Source of the DNA: Minisyncoccota bacterium | GTDB lineage: Bacteria > Patescibacteriota > Minisyncoccia > Phycocordibacterales > CAIJYI01 | Length of the DNA stretch: 64,000 bases | Assembly: GCA_023229825.1 (NCBI GenBank) | Contig: JALNYN010000007.1 | Span: forward strand, 2,596 to 66,595 | Reading direction: 5' to 3' | In this document: in pieces, positions 49,973 through 59,142 of the stretch | Numbering within the stretch: the first letter of the stretch is position 1 | How the letters are laid out: each line of letters starts with the position of its first letter | Program-made: the position numbers and the translations under genes | The notes under the pieces: model-generated | The model's database searches: none | The model's input: only the letters and a program-made list of their open reading frames with translations | What the model was told of the DNA's origin: nothing

Positions 49973-51025
49973 ATGAATAAGCCAAAACGTCTTGAAAAAG
50001 GCGATACTATTGCTTTGGTCAACCCGGCGGGATTGCCGCCATTAAGATTTAGACACTTTATTCCATTGATGAAGCAATATCTGGAGAAAGAAGGTTTTTT
50101 CGTAAAACTGTACTTAGCTGAAGAAACAGCTACCGCTGAACGACTTGGTAATGTTTTTACAGAAGCATGGCTTGATTCTGAAGTTCAGGCCGTTTTTCCC
50201 ATTTGTGGAAGCTCTGTCATTTTTGAAGTATTGCCTTGTCTTTACAGTGATCTCTTAAAACAAAAAAAGGTAATATTTTGCGGATCAAGTGTTTTATCTT
50301 CGTTATCTATCTGGTTAAGTCAGCACGCTCAAGTTGTAACATTCTTTGGACCACACATTCCTTTCATTCATTCTTGTGCGCCTCAAAGAGAAAATGAATT
50401 TACCGTGCAAAGTTTTTGGGATATGATAATGTGGAAAAAGGGAAAAGCGAATAATATGTCTTCAGTCCATGAGCGACATAATTTTTTCAGCGTTAATGAT
50501 TCAAACACTCAAGATATTAAGATTAAGAATCTCTATTTACGCCCAGACTTAATCAAAGATAAACAAAAACGAGTTGCACTGTTTTTTTCATTAACAGAAA
50601 AAGTTGTTAGCGGAAAAACCTTTTGCATCACAATGGAGTGTCTACTCAGTATGGCGCGCTTGGGTTTATTGCCGAGCGTGACAAATTCGATTATCTTCAC
50701 GGAAACAATGGATTGGAATTTGGAACAGATAAAAAATACTTTCGAAGAGCTCTCGAGGCTAGATGCTTTTCATGGGGCAAATGCAGTATTCATTACGGCC
50801 TTCACCGAAAGGACTGACCGCAAAGAATTAGACTTCCCTGAATTGAGAGACCCAGCGAAAGTAAAAATTCTATGTTCTTCTATTTCCGAAAGAATCCAGT
50901 TACCTGTTCTTTATGGGTTTCCCATGGGGCATGGTTCATATAAATTAACTTTACCTCAAAACATTTCTTGTTCAATAAATCCAGAAGACGGCAGTGTTTA
51001 CTTATTGGAGCGTCCAGTTGCATAA
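49973..51025 (+). CDS. Divergent S66 (LD-carboxypeptidase/MccF-like) peptidase
   Basis: KPKRLEKGDTIALVNPA, FCGSS (aligns with GYSD), TFFGP, IFTE, FPMGHG...TLP. Confidence 0.75.
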   Translation: MNKPKRLEKGDTIALVNPAGLPPLRFRHFIPLMKQYLEKEGFFVKLYLAEETATAERLGNVFTEAWLDSEVQAVFPICGSSVIFEVLPCLYSDLLKQKKVIFCGSSVLSSLSIWLSQHAQVVTFFGPHIPFIHSCAPQRENEFTVQSFWDMIMWKKGKANNMSSVHERHNFFSVNDSNTQDIKIKNLYLRPDLIKDKQKRVALFFSLTEKVVSGKTFCITMECLLSMARLGLLPSVTNSIIFTETMDWNLEQIKNTFEELSRLDAFHGANAVFITAFTERTDRKELDFPELRDPAKVKILCSSISERIQLPVLYGFPMGHGSYKLTLPQNISCSINPEDGSVYLLERPVA

Positions 51026-51028
51026 TAA

Positions 51029-51063
51029 TTATCCCCCGAGAAATTTTCTCGGGGGATTATTTT
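51029..51063. terminator. Bidirectional terminator
   Basis: ATCCCCCGAGAA-at-TTTCTCGGGGGAT between convergent genes. Confidence 0.8.
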
Positions 51064-51838
51064 ATTTTTTTAACTTTGCTATCTCGGCAAGAATTCGGAT
51101 GTGCGATCTATCTCCTAGTCCATGCCTTTCACCAAGTATCTTTCTAAGATTGTCTTGAGTGAACGGGGGTGTTCCAAAATTTTCTCCGACCATCTTCACA
51201 AGTGATTTGGTCTCGTTTTTGTATTCAAGAGTTTTTGAATATACAAGGTTTCTTAACAGGGTAACGACCTTTTCTTCTTTTGAGAGATTGGCAAACTTTT
51301 TTAGATCCAGTTGATTTGCAAGAACATTTCGTATTCTCTCGATAAGCACCACATAAAGATCGTTGGCGTCACAAGTATTACCACTTTCAATTGTTTTGAG
51401 TAACTCACCGATGATATCTGAAAAATCAACACTGGTGTTTAATGTAGCACATCCAAATGATATATCCGTCGTCCCAATATCGAGTGTCGTATTTTCGAAT
51501 AACAATGTTGGAATATGTATTTGTGTTAAATACTCAAAAAAAGATGAAGTTTCATTCGGTGTATCTGCTGTACCGAGAATAAAAATTTCCTCACCTGCAG
51601 GTAAAAAGTTGCATTCAAAAAATTTGTGCGGTCTTTTGTTGAGATACTGATAATATATCGAGCCAACCACACGATTATAGCTGTCAACTAAAACTTCTGC
51701 TTTGGCTCTGCCGTTTTTTGCCACATATACTCCGAGATTATCAATGTCTCCGGTTACACCAAAAAGAGTAACATGCGGATTCAGATAAAAGTAACGTAAT
51801 ACCGCAACGATTTTCTTACTCCAGATTCGAATTTTCAT
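51062..51838 (-). CDS. Hypothetical protein (AT-rich)
   Basis: 258-aa ORF with GGAGG RBS; no recognisable motif. Confidence 0.7.
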   Translation of the reverse strand: MKIRIWSKKIVAVLRYFYLNPHVTLFGVTGDIDNLGVYVAKNGRAKAEVLVDSYNRVVGSIYYQYLNKRPHKFFECNFLPAGEEIFILGTADTPNETSSFFEYLTQIHIPTLLFENTTLDIGTTDISFGCATLNTSVDFSDIIGELLKTIESGNTCDANDLYVVLIERIRNVLANQLDLKKFANLSKEEKVVTLLRNLVYSKTLEYKNETKSLVKMVGENFGTPPFTQDNLRKILGERHGLGDRSHIRILAEIAKLKK

Positions 51839-51937
51839 GGGTTCCTCCGATTTTTTAATTTTTCTACATCAATAGTACATAAAAATAAATAAATGTCAAA
51901 AAACCGACCATTTCTGGTCGGCTGTACTTAGTCTAAG

Positions 51938-52712
51938 AATAAAGGGGACAGTCACCATTGTTTTATAAAAAATATGTTGTAATATATAAGATATGCCAAG
52001 AAACGCAAGAACAGATGTCGGCGGTGAGATCTATCACGTCATCAACCGAGCAAACGGTCGCATGGTGATCTTTAATACTCCGGAGGATTATCTTCTATTC
52101 GAAAATCTTTTGTTTGATACAAAAGAACTGACTGGAATGAGGATCCTCGCTTACACCATTATGCCGAATCATTGGCACTTTATTCTACATCCGCAAAAAG
52201 ATGGGGACCTTGGTATATTTATGCATCGTCTTTCAAATGCGCATACACGAAAAGTTCACGCACTAACAAACACTAATGGGACAGGCCATCTCTACCAGGG
52301 TCGCTACAAATCTTTTCTCGTTGATTCCGACAGTTATTTTCTCACACTTTTGAAATATGTCGAAAGAAATCCGGTCAGATCAAAGACGGTAGAACATTGC
52401 GAAGATTGGCAATGGGGAAGCGCATGGCGGAGAATAAACGGTTCAAAAGCGGAAAAAAAGTTGATCGATCCGCCGATCGTGGAACTTCCTCATGGATACA
52501 AAAAATGGATAAATACACCGGATAAGGAAGATGACCTCGCTGTCATCCGCACTTCTGTAAACAAAAGCGTGCCGTTCGGAAGAGATAAATGGGTGGATCA
52601 AATGGTGACAAAGTTTCATCTTGAATCAACGCAAAAAAAACAGGGCAGACCGAAGAAAAGATAAACATTAGAACACGTGAAATGCAAAACAATGGTGGCT
52701 GTCCCCTTTATT
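51938..52712. mobile_element. RAYT element bounded by 27-bp inverted repeats
   Basis: AATAAAGGGGACAGTCACCATTGTTTT (51938-51964) / AAAACAATGGTGGCTGTCCCCTTTATT (52686-52712), one mismatch. Confidence 0.8.
51993..52664 (+). CDS. REP-associated tyrosine transposase (Y1/HUH)
   Basis: MPRNAR, YHVINR, MPNHWH (HUH), GHLYQGRYKS, YVERNPVR, WQWGS. Confidence 0.92.
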   Translation: MPRNARTDVGGEIYHVINRANGRMVIFNTPEDYLLFENLLFDTKELTGMRILAYTIMPNHWHFILHPQKDGDLGIFMHRLSNAHTRKVHALTNTNGTGHLYQGRYKSFLVDSDSYFLTLLKYVERNPVRSKTVEHCEDWQWGSAWRRINGSKAEKKLIDPPIVELPHGYKKWINTPDKEDDLAVIRTSVNKSVPFGRDKWVDQMVTKFHLESTQKKQGRPKKR

Positions 52713-52751
52713 GGAATGACGGCTTATTCCGTGGTTGCGTATAAACGTCAC

Positions 52752-53237
52752 TTACACTTCCGCAAACAGAAGCACGTAGTTGTGTTGGTATTTTTTGGCG
52801 CATTTCGGGCAGTAGGCATAATGCACATAATAGTCTTTGGCTTTCTTTCCGCTGCTCGCGAGATGCGCATCCATTTCCTTGATGAATTTCGGTATCGCGT
52901 TGTATGACCCGTCAAAGACCTTGCTCACGAATGTTCCCGATATCTTCGCGTTGTCGGCACCGGGGATCTCTTTCGTTACGCTAAAATACAGTTCGGATCG
53001 AAACGCCGACGGGTCGCGAAAGAGGATCAAAACTTCCTCTTTGTTCTCCGGCATCGCTTTCGCATCTTCCGCCGTTTTACTCATTTTGGTTATCTTTGAT
53101 CCGATCATCGGAGGGAAAGGAATATGGAACAGAGTCGGAACTGTTTCTTTGATAAAAAGTTTGTCTTTCCACTCCAAGGTTTTGCCATCCCATTTTTCGG
53201 GATGAAACTCGACGCAGCAAATATTGTTTTGATCCAT
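52752..53237 (-). CDS. Conserved hypothetical protein (GyrI-like / 'bacterial hydrolase' family)
   Basis: CC..F.PEKWD, SKVFDGSY, YAYCPKCAKKY..NYVLLFA. Confidence 0.75.
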   Translation of the reverse strand: MDQNNICCVEFHPEKWDGKTLEWKDKLFIKETVPTLFHIPFPPMIGSKITKMSKTAEDAKAMPENKEEVLILFRDPSAFRSELYFSVTKEIPGADNAKISGTFVSKVFDGSYNAIPKFIKEMDAHLASSGKKAKDYYVHYAYCPKCAKKYQHNYVLLFAEV

Positions 53238-53450
53238 AAAATTTATTCATATTTATTGATAATTATGAAACTATGATCGAGAATAAAAGCATCAAACTGA
53301 ATCAAGTTTTGCATGACTAACTTTATTTATAAATATAACATACAAACCATGAAGCTAGAATGGATATGTAGGTGGCCATCATTGCATTTTTATGAAAATA
53401 TGTCAGTATGGGTTCAACGAATTCTGTAAATTGACACACAGAGGTTTCTT

Positions 53451-54758
53451 ATGAAAACACTTAAAACGTGGACTACCGATCCGAACGGCGATCGTCTGGA
53501 ACGGAGGAAAACAGTCTTTTTCCGTAAGCGTTCCCAAAATACGGATCGGATCGTCGTTCGAAAAGATGAACGATTCCAGTCCATGGACGGTTTTGGTTTC
53601 TCATTGACAGGCGGAAGCGCTTATCACATCATGCGGCTGCCGGCAAAAAAAAGAAAAGCTCTTTTAAAAGAACTGTTCTCGAAAAGCGGGATCGGTGTGA
53701 GCGCGTTGCGTCTTACGATCGGTGCATCCGATCTGGACATGGCACCATACTCATACGCCGATACGCCTTCGGACGATCTCGCGAACTTTGATCTGTTTGC
53801 TGGAGGAAAGGAAGTCGTTCCGTTACTTCAGGAGATCTTGAAGATCGCACCGGATATCAGAATTTTTGCGTCCCCGTGGTCGGCGCCTCCTTGGATGAAA
53901 ACAAACAATAGTTTCGTCAGCGGACGTTTAAAAAATGAATGTTACTCGGTGTATGCCGAGTACTTCGTTCGATATATTTTGGCGATGCGCGAACAGGGAA
54001 TAAACGTGTACGGCGTAACGGTCCAGAACGAACCGCTGAACGATCTGAACGAACCGTCCATGCTCATGGACCCGTCGGAACAGATCGACTTCGTCGGCAA
54101 TCATCTCGGTCCCGTGTTTCGTGATCGTAAGATCAATACAAAGATCTATTGCTGGGATCACAATTGTGACCGGCCCGATTATGTACTGCGCGTGCTGAAA
54201 GATGAAAAAGCGCGTGAGTATGTAAACGGTTCGGCTTGGCATCTCTACGGCGGATCGATCGATATTTTGGACTACATTCACGAAGAGCATCCGGAGCACG
54301 AGATCATTTTTACCGAGCAGTGGGTAGCGAAGAAAAGCGATTTCGGCGGCAATCTCTCCTGGCATGCCAAGAACATCATCATCGGCGCACCGCGCAACTT
54401 TGCGAAAGCTGTTTTTGAATGGAACCTCGCCAACGACCCCGAATGTAATCCGCACACAGAAAAAGGCTGTGCGGAATGCCTCGGAGCTTTAACGATCGAT
54501 GAGAACGGGGAAGTCACACGAAACGTCGCCTATTACCTCATTGCTCACGCTTCAAAATTCGTCCCGCTCGGATCGCATCGGATAGGATCAAATGTCGAGA
54601 AAGGTCTGCCGAACGTCGCCTACGAAACCTCCGGTGGAAAGCTCGTACTGATCGTGTTCAACGAAGAACCACAACTCCGTTCGTTCGCAATACAAGAAGG
54701 CGAATATTTTGCGGAAGTAAGTTTACCCGCAGGAACGCTCGCCACATATATGTGGTAA
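53451..54758 (+). CDS. Glycoside hydrolase family 30 (glucosylceramidase-like)
   Basis: FQSMDGFG, IGASD, SPWSAPPWMK, QNEP (acid/base), DHN, FTE (nucleophile), HASKFV..GS.RI. Confidence 0.92.
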   Translation: MKTLKTWTTDPNGDRLERRKTVFFRKRSQNTDRIVVRKDERFQSMDGFGFSLTGGSAYHIMRLPAKKRKALLKELFSKSGIGVSALRLTIGASDLDMAPYSYADTPSDDLANFDLFAGGKEVVPLLQEILKIAPDIRIFASPWSAPPWMKTNNSFVSGRLKNECYSVYAEYFVRYILAMREQGINVYGVTVQNEPLNDLNEPSMLMDPSEQIDFVGNHLGPVFRDRKINTKIYCWDHNCDRPDYVLRVLKDEKAREYVNGSAWHLYGGSIDILDYIHEEHPEHEIIFTEQWVAKKSDFGGNLSWHAKNIIIGAPRNFAKAVFEWNLANDPECNPHTEKGCAECLGALTIDENGEVTRNVAYYLIAHASKFVPLGSHRIGSNVEKGLPNVAYETSGGKLVLIVFNEEPQLRSFAIQEGEYFAEVSLPAGTLATYMW

Positions 54759-54824
54759 TTTGAAAAAGAAAAATCCCTCGTCCGACAACGGACGGGGGAT
54801 TGTATTTTTGAACTGTGGTCGCTT

Positions 54825-55253
54825 CTATTTTTCTTGTTGAGCGATTCGCATTTCCATTTCTGCGATGGCTTCCGACATCTCTCCGTTTTTTGGATTGTTC
54901 GGATATATCTCTATCGCTTGTTTATAATGTTCGATCGCTTTTTTCGTGTCTTTTTCAAAACGTCCGAGATTTATCATCGCTTCCGCGGCTCGGTGGCGCA
55001 ACATAAAGTTAAACATATCATGTGCGAAAAGAGCCGAGCGTTCTTCGTAATAATTTGGAAGTCGCTCTGTCTGTTTTAAGAAGTGTTTACGATACTCTTC
55101 AGAGTCGAATGGTCTCATTTCTGAAAGATAGTAATCGCGGACCTTGATCCAGAACGGCAGCGCCGCATCGAAGTCAAAGTTTTTTACGGCTTCTATCATT
55201 GCCAGCCGTTCTTCTTCGGTCGGCATGGCAGGATATTTGTTGTCATGAGTCAT
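54825..55253 (-). CDS. Hypothetical protein with TPR-like C-terminus
   Basis: GGAGG RBS; AEAMINLG...KAIEHYKQAIEIYPNN. Confidence 0.65.
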   Translation of the reverse strand: MTHDNKYPAMPTEEERLAMIEAVKNFDFDAALPFWIKVRDYYLSEMRPFDSEEYRKHFLKQTERLPNYYEERSALFAHDMFNFMLRHRAAEAMINLGRFEKDTKKAIEHYKQAIEIYPNNPKNGEMSEAIAEMEMRIAQQEK

Positions 55254-55416
55254 GACGGTCCTCCAGTTTGGTGAAAAATACAAATATTACAGGTAATATT
55301 TACTAATGTTAATTATACATTAAATATGTTATTTGTCAATTTTTATTATCTTTTAATTTAGTGTAGGATAAAGAGCTATAGTAAAAATATAATTTATTAA
55401 ATTGTGATCTACTATT

Positions 55417-56121
55417 ATGCCTGATCCCGTTCCATTTGATGCCGTTATCGATACCGATGAAATATTTGTAAAAATTTACGACAAATGCAAAAAATACACG
55501 ATGACCTCCAAGGAGAGAATGTATGCTTTGTATAGATCGGTCGAATATATAGTGAAGAACGATATTCAAGGCGATCTGTTGGAATGCGGCGTTTGGCGAG
55601 GGGGAAGCGCGATGCTGATGGCTTATACTCTTCTTGAATTCAATGTCAAAGACAGAAAGATCTTTCTCTATGATACATTTGAGGGGATGAGTGAGCCGAC
55701 GGAGTTTGATCATAAAGTGGGAAACGATCGCGCTCGCGCTTTTGACAAATGGAAGGAGCAACAAAAAACGGATCATAACAGGTGGTGTTACGCCTCTTTA
55801 CCAGAAGTCCGAAACAACATGTCTTCGACCGGCTATCCGGAAGAAAATATTGTTTTTGTTGAAGGCAAAGTAGAAGAAACCATTCCCAAGATCTCACCCT
55901 CTCGGATAGCTATACTGAGATTGGATACCGATTGGTATGAATCAACGAAACATGAATTAATTTATTTCTATCCGATATTATCCACACACGGCGTCTTAAT
56001 AATAGACGATTACGGACATTGGGCCGGGGCAAAAAAAGCCGTCGATGAATATTTTTCTCGCGGACAAATATTATTGAACCGGATCGATTATACCGGAAAG
56101 ATCGGCATCAAAATCGAATAA
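55417..56121 (+). CDS. TylF/MycF-family O-methyltransferase
   Basis: GDLLECGVWRGGS, YDTFEGM, LRLDTDWYEST, IDDYGHW. Confidence 0.93.
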   Translation: MPDPVPFDAVIDTDEIFVKIYDKCKKYTMTSKERMYALYRSVEYIVKNDIQGDLLECGVWRGGSAMLMAYTLLEFNVKDRKIFLYDTFEGMSEPTEFDHKVGNDRARAFDKWKEQQKTDHNRWCYASLPEVRNNMSSTGYPEENIVFVEGKVEETIPKISPSRIAILRLDTDWYESTKHELIYFYPILSTHGVLIIDDYGHWAGAKKAVDEYFSRGQILLNRIDYTGKIGIKIE

Positions 56122-56188
56122 ATCGGCGGACGCTCTTTCTTGAAAAAGTGTCGTAATTTATTCTTAACGTTCATTGCGTTTTTTCTTT

Positions 56189-56215
56189 TGGCTTCGAGCT
56201 TGGGACGATATTCAA
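56189..56215 (+). repeat. Cassette-junction repeat A (att-like)
   Basis: TGGCTTCG|AGCTTGGGACGATATTCAA; shares its core with the reverse-complemented tRNA-Asn 3' end and with repeats B and C. Confidence 0.7.
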
Positions 56216-56279
56216 AATGTATTAATTAAAAACGACCATCGGAGTTGGATCCGACAGTCGTTTACTTTTTGGAAAATTA

Positions 56280-57161
56280 TTACGGTGTAGCAGGAGTGGT
56301 CGGTTCTTCGGCCGGTGGTAGAGTTTCGGAAGTTGTTTCCTGCTTTAGATTTATTACCGACATACCAATTAAAATGATGGTGAAGAGAAAAGGTACGGAC
56401 AAAGGTGATCCGGGGATGAGATTCAAGATCGGCATTAAGATGATCGGCGCAGTCATGAGATGAATACCGAGTCGGTAGGATTTTTTGTAGGTCATCTCGA
56501 TCTTTCTTATTTTACTAACCAGCCAGATAACAAATGCTCCGAATATCAGATACAATAGATATCCGGCGTAGATGAAGAAAAATACGATCAACAATAATGT
56601 GAACAAAATAGGTAACACGAATTTCAGATACGGTTCTGCCTTGCCGATAAAAGATTTGACGTCGGTTTTGTTTACGGTCAAATTGAGATCGGCGGGAATT
56701 TGTACGATCTTCATGCTGTTGTTATTGTCGTAACACGTAAAAGATGTTTGATTGAGAAGGCATGCTGTTTTGTAACCCTTGAAGGTTTCAACCGAAAACG
56801 GATCCTTGGTATCTATGACAAGCATGTTTTCAATATCGTTTGGTTTGGAGTGCTCGTTTGATCTCCATTCCTTCGGCATTTGGATAAAATATGGTTGTGG
56901 AACAGAAGCTGAAGTCTTTCCTTTTGTTATGACGATCTCTAGTTCGGAGGGGTATTGCTTTAAAATTTTTTCACCCAATGTGCTTAAAAATGTGTTGATC
57001 TGCGGAAAAAAAGTAACGGAAAATACCGCGACGGAAAGAATTGACATCAACAACGAAAATAGCAGAAAATATTTTATGGAGTAAGAAGAAGGTTTGTCTG
57101 AAAGTTCTTTATAATAATCAGGGTTATAAACACTATTTTTTATTTTTTGAAAAATGTTCAT
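56280..57161 (-). CDS. DUF1189-like membrane protein
   Basis: SVYNPDYY...SIKYF, one TM, YP.ELEI.I..G, three C-terminal TMs with YKKSYRLGIHLMT. Confidence 0.7.
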   Translation of the reverse strand: MNIFQKIKNSVYNPDYYKELSDKPSSYSIKYFLLFSLLMSILSVAVFSVTFFPQINTFLSTLGEKILKQYPSELEIVITKGKTSASVPQPYFIQMPKEWRSNEHSKPNDIENMLVIDTKDPFSVETFKGYKTACLLNQTSFTCYDNNNSMKIVQIPADLNLTVNKTDVKSFIGKAEPYLKFVLPILFTLLLIVFFFIYAGYLLYLIFGAFVIWLVSKIRKIEMTYKKSYRLGIHLMTAPIILMPILNLIPGSPLSVPFLFTIILIGMSVINLKQETTSETLPPAEEPTTPATP

Positions 57162-57273
57162 AAAATTTTGTGAGTGAATAACATAGTTATCTTTATCTAG
57201 ATTATAAGAACAAAACAAATAAAAAGCCAGGGAATTGCACTTTAATCTACGCCGGCTCAGTGAATTTCGCCTG

Positions 57274-57475
57274 AGGAATTTCTCGGCTTACCGCCGCAGT
57301 ACCCCTTTCCGATTTGTTCACAGCGACCACGCCGCTCACAAATATCGGAGAAGGGTGGAGTTTATACTCCGTAGCGCAGCGGAGGGGTGAATCCTACCTC
57401 GCGAGTGACGCAGGTCACTCGCTCGCGGAGCAAATGAAAAAACACCCGATCAAAGGTGTTTTCTCATTTGCTTCG
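57274..57475. other. Structured non-coding element, copy 1 (contains an inverted tRNA-Asn 3'-end copy)
   Basis: Aligns with 61566-61738 and shows compensatory changes in several hairpins. Confidence 0.75.
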
Positions 57476-57513
57476 AGCATGGGACGATGTTCGGCAAGCG
57501 ATTATTGAGGAAG
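57468..57513 (+). repeat. Cassette-junction repeat B (att-like)
   Basis: TTGCTTCG|AGCATGGGACGATGTTCGGCAAGCGATTATTGAGGAA. Confidence 0.85.
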
Positions 57514-57589
57514 GAGAGTAAATTCTGGCTTGCGAGATATCCACATTTTACTTTCCCGTGTTTTCTTTTTTTTTGTGTATAATTACTTT

Positions 57590-58816
57590 ATGAAAGAAAA
57601 ACTCTCGCGAATTCGTAAACACCCGAAGACACCGGGTTTTTTAACAGCACTTCTTTTTACTGGTGTTACGGTAGCCACTCTTCATAACATCCCCAAACCC
57701 CCGCTTTTCCCAAATACCGATAATTTCGTCATCTTCGCCGAACAATCGTTTACTTTTGAAGATGAAGCGTCGGTTTCAAGTGGAGATATCGGAACGAACG
57801 GCAATCTTGATATCGGAAAAGATACAACAGTAAACGGCAATATTTTCGCCAACAAAATCACTATCGCAAAAAATACGACGATAAACGGCAATGCAAATTA
57901 CAACAAACTTTCCAACAAAGGAGAAATTCTCGGTACGAAAACAACACCTGTATCACTGCCGATTGCTAATCTTCCCCCAATTTCCAATTTCACCATCGGA
58001 ACGCAAGACAAAATATTCACCGGAAATGTAAACACACTACCACCAGGAAATTACAAGAATATCACTCTACAAAAAGATTCCACCCTCACTCTTTCCGGCG
58101 GAACTTACAACCTGAACATCCTCGACCTCAAAGAACATTCCACCCTCATTTTCACCGCACCAACCACGCTCAATATCCAATTCAAACTTCGCGGACGAGA
58201 TGCTGTTTCAATTTTAAACGGAGCAAATGTAAAACCAACCGATTTGCACATTAATTATATCGGGATACGGAATGAACAAAAGAGCAATAAAACAATGGAA
58301 CAGGATGACGAAGACGAAGTAATGGCGTTTCTTGATAAACAAGAAAAAGCAGACTGCAAAAACCAGAAAATCGGGAGACCGATACTTTTCGGCAAAAACT
58401 CGTTTCTCAATTTTACACTGATTGCGCCGAAAGCGAATGTGAACATTGAAAGAGATTCTACGCTGCGAGGGCAGATGTTGGCGAGGAAGATAAGAGTGAG
58501 GAACGGGGTAAGTTTAAGTAAAAATGAGTTTTTTTCTAAAAATGCCGATCCAAAAAAAGTAGTTGGCGATACTGGTGCACGATTTATCGTTAATGAGGTT
58601 GTTATACGATTGACCGCGGAAGCATCTTTGGGAGACATCCAACAGGTCGTTGGTACAGTAAATGGAAAAATAACGGGATTTCTTGATATTTTGGGGATGG
58701 TAAAAATAGAAATTCCAGCCAAAACGGTTGCAGAATTGAATCTGTCGGTTGATAAATTAAAAGCGTTACATAGTCCATACATTCAAGATGTTATGATTAA
58801 TTTTGTTTATAATTAG
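57590..58816 (+). CDS. Membrane-anchored beta-solenoid-like protein with C-terminal subtilase prodomain-like module
   Basis: TM helix; GDIGTNG / GNIFAN repeats; LPPGNYKNITL...LSGGTY; C-terminal NEVVIRL....I..VV..VNGKITG....LG..KIEIP; leaderless TATAAT 6 nt upstream. Confidence 0.7.
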   Translation: MKEKLSRIRKHPKTPGFLTALLFTGVTVATLHNIPKPPLFPNTDNFVIFAEQSFTFEDEASVSSGDIGTNGNLDIGKDTTVNGNIFANKITIAKNTTINGNANYNKLSNKGEILGTKTTPVSLPIANLPPISNFTIGTQDKIFTGNVNTLPPGNYKNITLQKDSTLTLSGGTYNLNILDLKEHSTLIFTAPTTLNIQFKLRGRDAVSILNGANVKPTDLHINYIGIRNEQKSNKTMEQDDEDEVMAFLDKQEKADCKNQKIGRPILFGKNSFLNFTLIAPKANVNIERDSTLRGQMLARKIRVRNGVSLSKNEFFSKNADPKKVVGDTGARFIVNEVVIRLTAEASLGDIQQVVGTVNGKITGFLDILGMVKIEIPAKTVAELNLSVDKLKALHSPYIQDVMINFVYN

Positions 58817-58819
58817 TGT

Positions 58820-59137
58820 ATGAAAAAATTTGCAAATGTCTCCGGATTTTATCTGGCATTGTCTGTTGTGGCTCCGATCGTTCTTCTTCCGATGCTTTTA
58901 CTCTCTATGTCCGGATTTTTTGATGGTGTTTTTGGGTCAAATATTGAAGTTGTAACCGGTTGTATTATTGTTCTTTCAGTAATAACATTGCCGTCAGTGG
59001 GTTTTTATTTAAAAGAAAAATTTAAAAATGAAAATGAGCAGTTGCAAAATATAAAAAAAGGTCTTCGGTATAATATAATCTTTATTATTATTTTATTACT
59101 TATATCTTATTCGATTTTTGGCGCACATTTAGATTGA
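58820..59137 (+). CDS. Small 3-TM membrane protein
   Basis: AT-rich hydrophobic ORF tightly packed between its neighbours. Confidence 0.65.
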   Translation: MKKFANVSGFYLALSVVAPIVLLPMLLLSMSGFFDGVFGSNIEVVTGCIIVLSVITLPSVGFYLKEKFKNENEQLQNIKKGLRYNIIFIIILLLISYSIFGAHLD

Positions 59138-59142
59138 TTATT

